Shown: in pieces, positions 14,611-23,828 of the stretch
Numbering within the stretch: position 1 is the stretch's first letter
Layout of the letters: each line of letters begins with the position of its first letter
DNA from: a virus
Direction: 5' to 3' (one strand)
DNA: 35,059 nucleotides
Virus record (IMG/VR): IMGVR_UViG_3300020138_000005
Coordinates: 1 to 35,059 of that record
Translations under genes and position numbers: made by a program
Notes under the pieces: model-generated
The model's database searches: none
Told to the model about the DNA's origin: nothing
Seen by the model: only the letters and a program-made list of their open reading frames with translations

Positions 14611-16565
14611 TGGCAGCTACAACAATTGGCGAAATTCAAGTCATAGCAAAGATAGACACCTCACAATATAAAAAGGGTGCTGGTGAAATAGATCAGACTA
14701 ACAAGAAAATGGAACAGTCTGGATCCAAAACTACTACTAGACTAAATAGCGGTTTTAATAAAGCTGCTAAGGTCGGTATAGCTGCGATTGGAGTTGCTAC
14801 AGCAGCAGCTGGGGCGTTGATTTTCAAAAACATTGGCGGAGCCGTCGAGCGCGTAGACAAACTGGTAGCTTTTCCTAAAGTTCTAAAATCACTAGGGGCT
14901 AGCAGTGAAGAAGCGGCTGCTGCTACAGACAAGTTAAGTAAAAAACTAATTGGACTTCCTACATCGCTGTCTGATGGTACAGCAGGAGTCCAACGTCTTG
15001 TTACTGCTGGTCTTACTGTTCCTAAAGCTACGGATGCTTTTCTCGGGCTAAATAATGCACTGTTGGCATCTGGCGCACAAGCCCCACAAGTAGAATCTAC
15101 TATGCTACAGCTAACTCAAGCGCTAAGTCGTGGTAAGTTTGAAGCACAAGAATGGAACTCCATCACGGCTAATATGCCAGTTCTACTAGGAGCCTTACAG
15201 AAAAGTACGGGTAAATCTACTGAGGAACTAAAGGAGATGTTCAAGCAAGACCCTCAGGCACTAATGGATAAAATAATTGAACTCAATAAAAAAGGGGGAG
15301 AGGGATTTGAGTCTTTAGAAGAAACAGCAAGGAATGCTACAGGTGGTATTGGTACTGCATTCAGAAACTTAGACAATGGTATACAACGGGCTATGGAGAA
15401 TGTAGTGCGTAAGTTAGGGGATGGTAATTTAGAAAAAGGGCAGAAAAAAATATCAGGTGCCATCGATAAGATTAGTAAGGCTGCCTCTGATGGTATAGCA
15501 AAAGTCGGAGATTTTATTGGTGCGATCGCTGCCGACCCAGACAAACTAAAAGCAACAGGAATCGCACTCAGTGGGTTTTTAGCCCTTGGTATTATCGAGT
15601 TGAGCAAATCACTACTAGGGTTTGTTGCAAATCCTGTTGTGTTAGGTATATTAGCGTTAGCAGGCGCTTTTTATTTGGTCGCTACTAATTGGGATAAGAT
15701 AAAAGAAACCTTGCAACCATTAATAGATTTATTTAAAAAATTCTGGGAATTTATAAAGCCTTTTAGAGAACTTATTGCTGACCAATTTGCTCAAGCTTGG
15801 GAGGATTTGACGAAAGCTTTCGATGATGTAAAAAAATCTATAGCACCAATGATGCCAACACTAAAACTTATCGGGCAGATTATAGGCGGAGTAGTTTTAG
15901 TAGTCATTGGTTTGTTTATTGCTGGTTTAGTGATAACTGCTGCTTGGATAGCTAGACTTATTGGCTGGATAGCTAGGTTTATTGGCTGGTTTGTTAAAGC
16001 TGGTGTAGAAACAGGAAGATTTATTGGAAACTTTGTTAACACAGTAAGACTAGGTTTTCAGACTGCCTGGAATTGGATAACTAGAACTTTTGGCAATATA
16101 GGTAAATGGTTCTCAGATAAATTTAATGGTGTCAAAAACACTGTCATCAACATATTCAACAATATAGTCAATTTTGTGAAAGGAATACCTGGCAAAATAG
16201 TCAATATGTTCAAGAATGTAGGCACTAGTATTGGTAATGCCATAAAATCAGCATTAAATAGCCTTTTGAATTTGCCACTAAAAGTGCCTAGCATCAACAT
16301 AGGTGGTAAAAAGTTTGGTGGTCAAACCATTATCCCTAAACTTGCCGAGGGAGGAATAATATCTTCCGCCACTTTAGCAGTAGTTGGTGAGGGTAGAGAA
16401 CCTGAGGCAGTGATTCCTCTCAGCAAACTAGACAAGATGCTCAGGAACGCTGGCGACACTAGTGGCGGAAAAAGTGCAACAATCAACCAATACAATACTG
16501 TGAACACCGAGGTAGATATGAATGTAGTGAACCGCCAACTGACTTGGGAGATGAACAGAGCATGA
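14610..16565 (+). CDS. Tape measure protein
   Basis: 651 aa. An N-terminal helical region has TMP-type motifs (QLTQALSRGKFEAQEWNSI), followed by central hydrophobic/TM-like repeats (WIARLIGWIARFIGW). Confidence 0.85.
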   Translation: MAATTIGEIQVIAKIDTSQYKKGAGEIDQTNKKMEQSGSKTTTRLNSGFNKAAKVGIAAIGVATAAAGALIFKNIGGAVERVDKLVAFPKVLKSLGASSEEAAAATDKLSKKLIGLPTSLSDGTAGVQRLVTAGLTVPKATDAFLGLNNALLASGAQAPQVESTMLQLTQALSRGKFEAQEWNSITANMPVLLGALQKSTGKSTEELKEMFKQDPQALMDKIIELNKKGGEGFESLEETARNATGGIGTAFRNLDNGIQRAMENVVRKLGDGNLEKGQKKISGAIDKISKAASDGIAKVGDFIGAIAADPDKLKATGIALSGFLALGIIELSKSLLGFVANPVVLGILALAGAFYLVATNWDKIKETLQPLIDLFKKFWEFIKPFRELIADQFAQAWEDLTKAFDDVKKSIAPMMPTLKLIGQIIGGVVLVVIGLFIAGLVITAAWIARLIGWIARFIGWFVKAGVETGRFIGNFVNTVRLGFQTAWNWITRTFGNIGKWFSDKFNGVKNTVINIFNNIVNFVKGIPGKIVNMFKNVGTSIGNAIKSALNSLLNLPLKVPSINIGGKKFGGQTIIPKLAEGGIISSATLAVVGEGREPEAVIPLSKLDKMLRNAGDTSGGKSATINQYNTVNTEVDMNVVNRQLTWEMNRA

Positions 16566-17392
16566 TAGTTACCATTAACTCACTAGTCTTTGGGGCTAAC
16601 ACTAAACTGGCTTTGAGCCCACCAATACAAGGATTATCTATTCCACCTGTCAGGACTTCCAGCGGTAATTATTCTGGGCGTGATGGCGGCTGGCTTAGTT
16701 CGCAATTCTATAGTCCAAGAGAGATAGTCATCAATGGTTCAGTCAATGGCTCAACTTGTGCCGAGGCAGAAGCAATAGCCTGTGGACTTATTGAAGCCTT
16801 ACCTATACGAACACCTTTAGCTTTTGATTTTTCTCCAGACACAGGAGATGAATACAGCACAGAAGTTTATTTTATAGATATAAAAATGGATATAGTGAGC
16901 AAAAAACAAATTCCTTTTCAGATTACACTCGTAGCCCCTGACCCATACTTTTATAAGAATTCTGGCGCGTGGATTGAGGAGGACATAGAAAAAATTGTAG
17001 GTGGCGGATATGTAACCCCTTATATTTTACCAGTAGAATGGGATGCCTCCTCTCAGCCTACTATAATAAATAACCCAACGAACACTGACATATTCCCCCA
17101 GATTGTACTTGAGGGAAAATTCACTAACCCTAGAGTAGCTAACCTCACGACTGGTCAGTTTATTCAGGCAAATGTCACGACAACAGATGGAGATATTATA
17201 ATCTTTGACTTGAAAGAGCGAACTATTACTTTGAATGGCGGCTCAATCTTGCCTACTAGAAGTGGTACTTGGTGGGGTTTGGTGCAAGGTGACAATACAA
17301 TAGAATTTTCATCTGAGGGGGGTGATGACGATACTTCGGGTATAATCAGATACCGCCCTGCATATAGTTCAGTATTCGAGGGAGTATGTTAG
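16562..17392 (+). CDS. Distal tail protein (Dit)
   Basis: The start overlaps the tape measure stop (ATGA). Size and position match siphovirus Dit proteins. Confidence 0.6.
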   Translation: MIVTINSLVFGANTKLALSPPIQGLSIPPVRTSSGNYSGRDGGWLSSQFYSPREIVINGSVNGSTCAEAEAIACGLIEALPIRTPLAFDFSPDTGDEYSTEVYFIDIKMDIVSKKQIPFQITLVAPDPYFYKNSGAWIEEDIEKIVGGGYVTPYILPVEWDASSQPTIINNPTNTDIFPQIVLEGKFTNPRVANLTTGQFIQANVTTTDGDIIIFDLKERTITLNGGSILPTRSGTWWGLVQGDNTIEFSSEGGDDDTSGIIRYRPAYSSVFEGVC

Positions 17393-18462
17393 ATATTCCA
17401 GAGTGGACAGTGTCACTTTATGACCTCAACGACAATGAGATTATGGACATCTCAAAGTATGTTGATTTGAAGCTGAATTTGAAATTGAATGACGTGTCTA
17501 CCTGTGAGTTTGACATAGATATGGTGCAATTTGAGAGATTATGCGCCAGTGTGAATGCTAGCCCTCGGAATGTGCTTTATCCAGCCAAAACAGAAATTAA
17601 AGTTAGTAGAAACGGTAACGCGTTATTTGGTGGTATTGTTTCCAGTGCAGATAGCAATTTAGGCGAGATCGAAAAAACAATCTCAGTTAAGGCAGATAGC
17701 TATTTGCAATATTTTGCTAAGAGGTTGCTGAAGAAGACATATGTCCAAACGGACCGCTCACAAATAGCTTGGGACGCCATAAATCTTGCGCAGTCAGTTC
17801 CAAATGGTGATTTAGGGATTACCCAAGGCGAACTAGCAACGGTATTCAACTCTGATTTGACCGCTGATTATAGGGATATAAAAAGTATAATTCAGCTCTA
17901 CACTTATGCCCAACCCACAACCTACGATTTTGAAATCACTCCAGACAAGGTGTTCAATACATACCTTAGGCTAGGTAGCGATAGACCAGAATATGAGCTA
18001 GTTTACCCTTGGAATATTGTATCTATGGGAGTGCCACGCAATTCAGACACACTATACAATACTGTCTTAGGTATCGGCTCAGGTATTGGCGAGGAACGTC
18101 TGCAAACCACGAAATCTGACCTTATCTCACAGCAAACTTATCGGGTCTTAGCGACTAAACAAACTTTCAATTCTGTAGAAAAGATAGATACACTAGAGGA
18201 AAACACCGAGGGCTTCTTAGTTCAATCTACAGGTGTGCTAGTGCTGCCTAGTGTCACCGTCAATGCTGATGCGATAGATTTAGATGTAGTAAGGGTGGGT
18301 GATAGCTTGCCTGTAAAAGTGTTAGGGTCTACTTACAATGATGATGTTGATGCAATGCTACGAATATATGGTATGAATATAACGGTTGATCAGAACAGTT
18401 TTGAGACTATATCACTCGATTTTTATCGCCCAGATAATGGTGGTGAAGTAGATGATATATAA
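17386..18462 (+). CDS. Tal-like baseplate hub/minor structural protein
   Basis: 358 aa, following Dit. The N-terminal region resembles prophage-tail/gp27-like hub domains. Confidence 0.55.
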   Translation: MLDIPEWTVSLYDLNDNEIMDISKYVDLKLNLKLNDVSTCEFDIDMVQFERLCASVNASPRNVLYPAKTEIKVSRNGNALFGGIVSSADSNLGEIEKTISVKADSYLQYFAKRLLKKTYVQTDRSQIAWDAINLAQSVPNGDLGITQGELATVFNSDLTADYRDIKSIIQLYTYAQPTTYDFEITPDKVFNTYLRLGSDRPEYELVYPWNIVSMGVPRNSDTLYNTVLGIGSGIGEERLQTTKSDLISQQTYRVLATKQTFNSVEKIDTLEENTEGFLVQSTGVLVLPSVTVNADAIDLDVVRVGDSLPVKVLGSTYNDDVDAMLRIYGMNITVDQNSFETISLDFYRPDNGGEVDDI

Positions 18463-18856
18463 GCGTGACAAATCATTCCCTGAAACAGTTGGCGATTTAG
18501 CTCAGGAAGTCAAAGATATAAAGAGCTTGCAACGTGTTGGAAATGATAATTTGGTGGTTAGGTACTATGAAGATAGTCTGACTGGTATATCGGTGGCGGA
18601 GGATGAAACAGCTTTATTTCGAGGAACGTTCGTATTCAATAACCCATCAAACTCTTACGCACCTATTTTTTTCAGTTGGACTTCGCTAGATTTTTTTTTC
18701 TATGTCGAGACAATTTATGATGACCCTAATACCGCAACAAGCACTACTATGAAACGCGCATTTATCGCCATAACTCCTGATGCAAGCATGAATATGTACA
18801 TACGCGCAAGTTGCAAGAGTACCGAACAGGGAACATTTGTGCTGGAGAAGCTATGA
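18452..18856 (+). CDS. Baseplate-region paralog 1
   Basis: Shares the N-terminal motif L..(E/D)(V/I).D(I/L)KS.Q..G.DNLV and a C-terminal (F/M)YI(K/R) motif with the next two ORFs. Confidence 0.5.
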   Translation: MIYKRDKSFPETVGDLAQEVKDIKSLQRVGNDNLVVRYYEDSLTGISVAEDETALFRGTFVFNNPSNSYAPIFFSWTSLDFFFYVETIYDDPNTATSTTMKRAFIAITPDASMNMYIRASCKSTEQGTFVLEKL

Positions 18857-19317
18857 TAGACCGCAAAAGATTAAGTTTAGCATCTCAGATTGCAGACCTA
18901 GATAGAGATATATTAGATCTAAAATCCACTCAATTTTCTGGAGCAGACAATCTCGTACTATTTCGCCAAGAAACTTCTAACTCTTATGACATACAAGTAA
19001 CCCTTGCTGATGACACTAGAACAGACATCTACGCCAACTTTTACTATGACCATGGAGAACTAAAGCCTTGGCAGCCATCAGCCTATGTTGCTATCTACCC
19101 TCAGGTGTATATAGGCGACATGTCTACAACATACACAGGCAGAGACAATGATGGTATAAACTTTTTTGTGACCCAAAATACAAATGAAAAAAATCATGTG
19201 CATATCATTCAGGCACTGAATGAATCAGGCTCTACCATGACTTTTTATATAAAATATTTTATAGTCGCCACAGTTTCATCTGGCGGGTTAGCTGTCTCGG
19301 AGCTTCCTCATGTCTGA
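18853..19317 (+). CDS. Baseplate-region paralog 2
   Basis: ATG 18853 overlaps the upstream TGA. The motif IADLDRDILDLKSTQFSGADNLV aligns with paralog 1. Confidence 0.5.
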   Translation: MIDRKRLSLASQIADLDRDILDLKSTQFSGADNLVLFRQETSNSYDIQVTLADDTRTDIYANFYYDHGELKPWQPSAYVAIYPQVYIGDMSTTYTGRDNDGINFFVTQNTNEKNHVHIIQALNESGSTMTFYIKYFIVATVSSGGLAVSELPHV

Positions 19318-19759
19318 TAGAAAAACTGACAATATAGTAACTCGTACTAGGGGCTTGCAAAGAGAGATACAATCATATAAGTCTGTTCAGCCTTTAGGGG
19401 GTGCCAGTTTTGTAAATTATACTACTTTTAGTAATTCTAATTACGACTTCTCAAGAATAAGCAGTGGCGTATATCAATCATACAGACTGACTTTTACTTA
19501 CTCAGAACCAGAGGGCTATCATATAATGAATCCGAGTTTATTTTTTAGGATAGATAATCCAGATGTGATGGATGACCCCTATTTATCTACGCTGAATCAG
19601 GAGTATTTTATAAACATAATTGGCGAAGAACCTCAATCAGGTTATAACTCATGGATTGTCGATTTGAGTAATGTCTCAGGAGTAACACATACTTTTTACG
19701 TAAAGGCGTTTTTCACTGGTACCACTAGTGGGTCATTCAATCTGAGTGCTATACTATAA
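19310..19759 (+). CDS. Baseplate-region paralog 3
   Basis: LQREIQSYKSVQPLGGASFV and FYVKAFFTGTTSGSF align with paralogs 1 and 2. Confidence 0.5.
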   Translation: MSDRKTDNIVTRTRGLQREIQSYKSVQPLGGASFVNYTTFSNSNYDFSRISSGVYQSYRLTFTYSEPEGYHIMNPSLFFRIDNPDVMDDPYLSTLNQEYFINIIGEEPQSGYNSWIVDLSNVSGVTHTFYVKAFFTGTTSGSFNLSAIL

Positions 19760-19770
19760 AGGAGGAAACG

Positions 19771-20703
19771 ATGGCATTATTTTTAAGTAACAGAGATGGT
19801 GGAAAGACTGATGAGGAGGGACACTACCGCTTCCAGACTAATGTTTGGAACGGTGAAGTAGCTAATGGTCTCAATGTAGCTCAGAATTCACCATTAGGTA
19901 TGTCAGTAATAATAAATGAGGGTGATGCAAAAGTTCCTTATAGCGATTATGCCTACACAGTATGGTCTACTGGTGATACTGCCAGCATTACTACCGCTGA
20001 CCCATCTAATCCACGAATAGACAGAATCGTATTATATGTAGATAGGAGTGAAACTCCTCAGACCGCTAATCCCAACAATCCAGGGATACCAAAAATAGCA
20101 GTTGTTGCTGGTACCCCTGGAAGTAGTCCGAGTAGACCATCTGATGGCACTGTAGATACAGCAGTATCCAACAATCCTTGGATAGATTTAGCTGACGTTT
20201 TAGTTGGCACTGGCGTAACTCAAATCACCAATGCAAACATCACAGACACTAGAGAGCTTATAGAAGTTCCAGCACTTTCAGTGCCATCAGATGCACTACA
20301 AGACAATTCCGTTAATTCGGAAAAACTCGCTGTTGCTCTTGAGAATGCGACCCCAGGGTCGGTAGGAGATGTAGGAACCAGCAACGAAACTCTGGCTACA
20401 CTGGACGTGCCAGCAGGAACATGGTTTATATTTGCTAAAGGAAACACACAAGTAAGTGTGGCACAGCAAACTCAAGCCACTGTCGAACTTTACAACTCAA
20501 CTGACGGCGCAGTCATAGACACAACTATAGCTGGCTCTGACTATGTGTCGGGGACTGATGAGTCTAGAATACCTTTTAGTGTCGCTGATATCACCACCAT
20601 CACTAGCACAAAAACTATCATCGCTAGAGCCAGAGTAAATTCGGGTTCAGGCAGCTTCGGAATATACAATGTGAAACTTTTCGCTGTGCCTGTAGGAGTT
20701 TAG
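19771..20703 (+). CDS. Receptor-binding/tail fibre candidate
   Basis: 310 aa with SD aaggagg. It is the last structural gene before the lysis cassette. The DPSNPRIDRIVLYVD motif is seen in siphovirus baseplate and RBP proteins. Confidence 0.45.
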   Translation: MALFLSNRDGGKTDEEGHYRFQTNVWNGEVANGLNVAQNSPLGMSVIINEGDAKVPYSDYAYTVWSTGDTASITTADPSNPRIDRIVLYVDRSETPQTANPNNPGIPKIAVVAGTPGSSPSRPSDGTVDTAVSNNPWIDLADVLVGTGVTQITNANITDTRELIEVPALSVPSDALQDNSVNSEKLAVALENATPGSVGDVGTSNETLATLDVPAGTWFIFAKGNTQVSVAQQTQATVELYNSTDGAVIDTTIAGSDYVSGTDESRIPFSVADITTITSTKTIIARARVNSGSGSFGIYNVKLFAVPVGV

Positions 20704-20704
20704 A

Positions 20705-20983
20705 ATGAATGAAGATGACCACGAGAACACACCAACCACTGTACGTGAAATCGGAATACATATTGGCTATCTCAGAGAGGATGTGAAAGAACTAAAAGAC
20801 GTAGCTAATCAACTTGCCGAGGGCACCATAACCAGAAAAGAGTTTGAAGGGCTAACCGTTCGAGTATCAGCTTTAGAAAAGTTCCTAGATTCAATCAAGA
20901 TCAAGATAGCTGGGTGGAGCATAGCTATATTCATTTCAATGGTTCTAGCTCTGTATGGGCTAGATAGATTTTTTAGGGGGTAA
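20705..20983 (+). CDS. XhlA-like lysis-associated membrane protein
   Basis: 92 aa with an N-terminal coiled coil and a single C-terminal TM segment (WSIAIFISMVLALYGL). It lies immediately upstream of the endolysin. Confidence 0.4.
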   Translation: MNEDDHENTPTTVREIGIHIGYLREDVKELKDVANQLAEGTITRKEFEGLTVRVSALEKFLDSIKIKIAGWSIAIFISMVLALYGLDRFFRG

Positions 20984-20985
20984 CT

Positions 20986-21759
20986 ATGAAAATACGAAGT
21001 AATCCAGCCAGTCCAAGTAACTACAGCAAGGGTAGGGGTGGCAAGAAAATTAACAAGATTGTGATTCATCATGCTGCTACTACTGATTTTGACGGCATAG
21101 GTAGGACCTTCAAAAATCCTAACCGTAAGGCTTCTGCGCATTATGGGGTAGGGCGCAAAGGTGCTGTAGATAGGTATGTGTCTGAGAGTGACACTGCATG
21201 GCACGCTGGGACTAAATTCCCAAAACCAAACCCTAATCCAACCTCTATCGGGATTGAAAACGTGAATAGTACAGGTGCACCAAACTGGAAAGTTGCCGAA
21301 GATACTTTTGATACTTTAGTAGAGCTGGTACACGACATAGCTAAGAGAAACAAACTATTACCTCTCAAGGTGGGCAAAAACCTATTCGGGCATAAAGACT
21401 ATGTTGCTACGTTCTGTCCAGGTGTACTCTATGGGCGTTTAGGCGAACTAGCAAGGCGCGTCAACAACAAGTCTGAGATAGATAGTAGTCCTAAGCCTAA
21501 AGCTCCTAAGAAAAGCTCTAAAGCTGTTTATTATGGTTACCACCCATATGTAGGTAAATCCCCTGTGATTGGAAGTATTGCTAAATTTATGAGAAAACAC
21601 TTCCCTGCTTATACCAATAAAAAGGCTCTAGGTGACTACTATGGTCCTAATCTGAGAAAAGCTATCATGACTTTTCAGAAGCGAACTGGTCTTGTACCAG
21701 ATGGAGTTATAGGACCTAAGACACAAGCTAAATTGAAATCTTATGGATGGAAAGGGTAG
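20986..21759 (+). CDS. Endolysin: N-acetylmuramoyl-L-alanine amidase (Amidase_2/PGRP) plus a PG_binding_1 domain
   Basis: KIVIHHAAT..., SAHYGV..., and HKDY..TFCPG are zinc amidase_2 signatures. C-terminal LRKAIMTFQKRTGLVPDGVIGPKTQAKL is a peptidoglycan-binding repeat. Confidence 0.85.
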   Translation: MKIRSNPASPSNYSKGRGGKKINKIVIHHAATTDFDGIGRTFKNPNRKASAHYGVGRKGAVDRYVSESDTAWHAGTKFPKPNPNPTSIGIENVNSTGAPNWKVAEDTFDTLVELVHDIAKRNKLLPLKVGKNLFGHKDYVATFCPGVLYGRLGELARRVNNKSEIDSSPKPKAPKKSSKAVYYGYHPYVGKSPVIGSIAKFMRKHFPAYTNKKALGDYYGPNLRKAIMTFQKRTGLVPDGVIGPKTQAKLKSYGWKG

Positions 21760-21761
21760 TT

Positions 21762-21983
21762 ATGTTTGAACTGATAGAAATTTTATTTGATAAAAAATCG
21801 GCGACAGGTAAAGCATTCAGAACCTTTTACCAAGGCTTGGGCTGGTTCTTGCTGAACTTACCACTAATAATTGCCCTACCTCAAGTGCAAGAGCTTATAG
21901 AAACATATCCAGCATGGTTTGTGCTGTATCTGAATGCTGGTGCAGCCATTGTATCGTTTACGCAAAATAACAGAGGTAAATGA
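21762..21983 (+). CDS. Holin candidate
   Basis: About 73 aa with two hydrophobic segments, directly after the endolysin. The track ORF starts at 21747. Confidence 0.5.
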   Translation: MFELIEILFDKKSATGKAFRTFYQGLGWFLLNLPLIIALPQVQELIETYPAWFVLYLNAGAAIVSFTQNNRGK

Positions 21984-22177
21984 TGTCTGAAGCCCTAGAT
22001 ACTTTAGAATTTTATCCACCTGAGGCACAGGTTGAGGATTATCTGCGGACTGCTTACCAAGTAATTGACGGTCTATGTGACAGTGGCATCATCACGATTG
22101 AGCAAGCCGAGGAAGCTAGAATGGAACGGTTCGATTGGGCGCACGACAATTTAGGGGGTAACGATGGAGAGAGATAA
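21980..22177 (+). CDS. Small acidic hypothetical protein
   Basis: 65-aa ORF with an ATGA overlap with the holin gene. Confidence 0.4.
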   Translation: MMSEALDTLEFYPPEAQVEDYLRTAYQVIDGLCDSGIITIEQAEEARMERFDWAHDNLGGNDGER

Positions 22178-22367
22178 TCCTTTTGGAAATTATGAGCCGA
22201 CAATAAGCCGTGTTGGTAAGGCAATAGACTGGCTTGCTAGCCACTTGTCTGTGTTTCCTGATGGCGTAGAGCTTTGTCTAGCTGAACATCAGCCACATGG
22301 TGCGGCTGAAATGCTAGATAGTGAGCTTTACGATGTTCCAGACAATGTGGAATTGGGGCAGGAGTGA
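22164..22367 (+). CDS. Small acidic hypothetical protein
   Basis: 67-aa ORF, the last gene of the + strand late block. Confidence 0.4.
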   Translation: MERDNPFGNYEPTISRVGKAIDWLASHLSVFPDGVELCLAEHQPHGAAEMLDSELYDVPDNVELGQE

Positions 22368-22412
22368 TATAATCTATTTGCGAACGGGTTGCTTACGCGT
22401 CCAACCAACAGA

Positions 22413-22443
22413 AAAGCCTACTTTTTACGAGTAGGCTTTCTTT
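22413..22443. terminator. Bidirectional rho-independent terminator between the convergent blocks
   Basis: 10-bp stem aaagcctact/agtaggcttt with a 7-nt loop. T-runs are present on both strands. Confidence 0.8.
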
Positions 22444-22512
22444 GTGTGAGGGTAAGCCTTTCGGCAGCTCTAGTTTACATTTAGTTGACAATGAAAATCT
22501 AGTGATTGACGT

Positions 22513-22998
22513 TTACCGCCAGCAGTGAGATGAGGCAAGCCAAGGACGTGTACCATTCTCTTTGAAATGTTTTTCAAAATACTCGTCTTGTATTTTAGGT
22601 GGTGCATACCTAGCCTTAGAGTAGCCCTTGTAATTGTTCCAAGTAGTGTCTAGAAACTGATATTTTCCAGATGCAGTGCTTGTTGGACTTTGGGCAGTAT
22701 ATGAGCCGCCACTTTCGCAACAAACAATTCTGTCTTTCAAAGTACCGCCAGAACACTTCGTACCTACCTTTTTTGCTACGCCTGCTGCGTCTTTAGCCTT
22801 AGACTGGGTACTTTTACCATTAGCTTTAGAAACGCTTTTAAAACGTCTCTGAGACAGCCTGTCGACTTTTACTTCTATAGGCTGTCTAGCACTTACCTCT
22901 TGAACTGGTTGTGGTTTAGTTGGAATGGCTGCCACTGCAAGAGCGACAACCACACCAAACACTATAGCTTTCATTAGAATAGTTTTGGGACAAGCCAT
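22513..22998 (-). CDS. Exported Rpf-like transglycosylase-domain protein
   Basis: CCESGGSYTAQ...ASGKYQFLDTTW...RPWLASSHCW matches the Rpf/transglycosylase-like signature. The N-terminus is a Gly/Ala/Val-rich hydrophobic segment. An alternative start, ATG 22974, overlaps the upstream stop (TAATG). Confidence 0.7.
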   Translation of the reverse strand: MACPKTILMKAIVFGVVVALAVAAIPTKPQPVQEVSARQPIEVKVDRLSQRRFKSVSKANGKSTQSKAKDAAGVAKKVGTKCSGGTLKDRIVCCESGGSYTAQSPTSTASGKYQFLDTTWNNYKGYSKARYAPPKIQDEYFEKHFKENGTRPWLASSHCWR

Positions 22999-23165
22999 AC
23001 GAAGAAGCTTGAGCCTACTCCAATATACACCATCTGTAGTACCGTATTCAGTTCCACTTCTGGTAATCCAACTATTGACATACCTATTGCGTAGGCAATA
23101 ACTATGGAGCTAAAAGCTGCTACCTTTATTTTGTTTTTGATAGTTTTAGTTTTTTGTTTTGTCAT
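22974..23165 (-). CDS. Small two-TM membrane protein (holin-like)
   Basis: The start is set at MTKQKTK... because the consensus promoter 23197..23225 covers the track start. It has a Lys-rich N-terminus and two hydrophobic segments. Confidence 0.55.
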   Translation of the reverse strand: MTKQKTKTIKNKIKVAAFSSIVIAYAIGMSIVGLPEVELNTVLQMVYIGVGSSFFVWLVPKLF

Positions 23166-23196
23166 TTTAGTCCTTTCTTTTTTAATGACACTAGGG

Positions 23197-23225
23197 ATTA
23201 TATTACTTATGCTTACAATTGTCAA
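23197..23225 (-). promoter_or_regulatory. Perfect consensus sigma70-type promoter, TTGACA-N17-TATAAT
   Basis: On the - strand: ttgaca attgtaagcataagtaa tataat. It is followed by the 20-nt RBS cassette and ATG 23165. Confidence 0.75.
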
Positions 23226-23237
23226 GTATAATACATG

Positions 23238-23549
23238 TCAGTCTCTCTCATCACTCTCTAGACTATCTACTGCTTGGCGCATCTCTAAAAGCTGATAGTT
23301 TCGCTGCAACCTGTTGTAGCAAGTTACGCAGCTAATATTCCTAGAGGTGATATTGTCGTACTCTTCGCAGTGTGGTTGCCAGTTATCGCCAAGAGCCTCT
23401 CTCACCCTCTCCAGCAGTTCTTTGTTGGATTTTTGGATGAGGGCTTCAATTTCATTACCGATACGCTTAACACGCAAGTCTTCATCCTGTTGAGGTGCGA
23501 AGTCCCAGTATCCAATAATACGGTCTATCTCTTCTCTTAAATTAGTCAT
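23238..23549 (-). CDS. Hypothetical protein; paralog of 23966..24163
   Basis: The N-terminal (T)NLREEIDRIIGY motif is shared with the other ORF. It has a C-terminal CxxC. Confidence 0.5.
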   Translation of the reverse strand: MTNLREEIDRIIGYWDFAPQQDEDLRVKRIGNEIEALIQKSNKELLERVREALGDNWQPHCEEYDNITSRNISCVTCYNRLQRNYQLLEMRQAVDSLESDERD

Positions 23550-23689
23550 CGCAGAGCCTCAAATAAGATTGATTGTAGTTTCCCTATAAGCTCCTCGACT
23601 TGCCCTATCGTTAAACTATCGTCGAAGAATTGCTCAGTTCTTTTAATTAGCTCGAGTGCGTCTTCTCTATCTATACTTACTTTACTCAT
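23546..23689 (-). CDS. 47-aa hypothetical protein (below track cutoff)
   Basis: Hand translation gives MSKVSIDREDALELIKRTEQFFDDSLTIGQVEELIGKLQSILFEALR. SD is aagggggg. It has an ATGA overlap with the downstream gene. Confidence 0.45.
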   Translation of the reverse strand: MSKVSIDREDALELIKRTEQFFDDSLTIGQVEELIGKLQSILFEALR

Positions 23690-23828
23690 AACGCCCCCCT
23701 TGGTCTTTATACTCGCTATAAATAGCCCAGTTAATCTTGTTCGTCTTCAGCCAGAACCATACTTTTACGATTGTGCCGTCAGGGATTTCGCCCCAGCGGA
23801 TGTTCTTCAAGTCAGTTGTTATCTTCAC
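23682..23828 (-). CDS. 48-aa hypothetical protein (below track cutoff)
   Basis: GTG start after SD aaggag. The product reads VKITTDLKNIRWGEIPDGTIVKVWFWLKTNKINWAIYSEYKDQGGRYE. It overlaps the next ATG. Confidence 0.4.
   Translation of the reverse strand: MKITTDLKNIRWGEIPDGTIVKVWFWLKTNKINWAIYSEYKDQGGRYE

Noticed and set aside
22365-22443. TGATATAAT box overlapping the stop of the last late gene, followed by a hairpin and the bidirectional terminator; a possible sRNA of about 60 nt
   Set aside because: The box overlaps coding sequence, and the terminator is fully explained as the end of both convergent operons. Nothing else supports a separate transcript.
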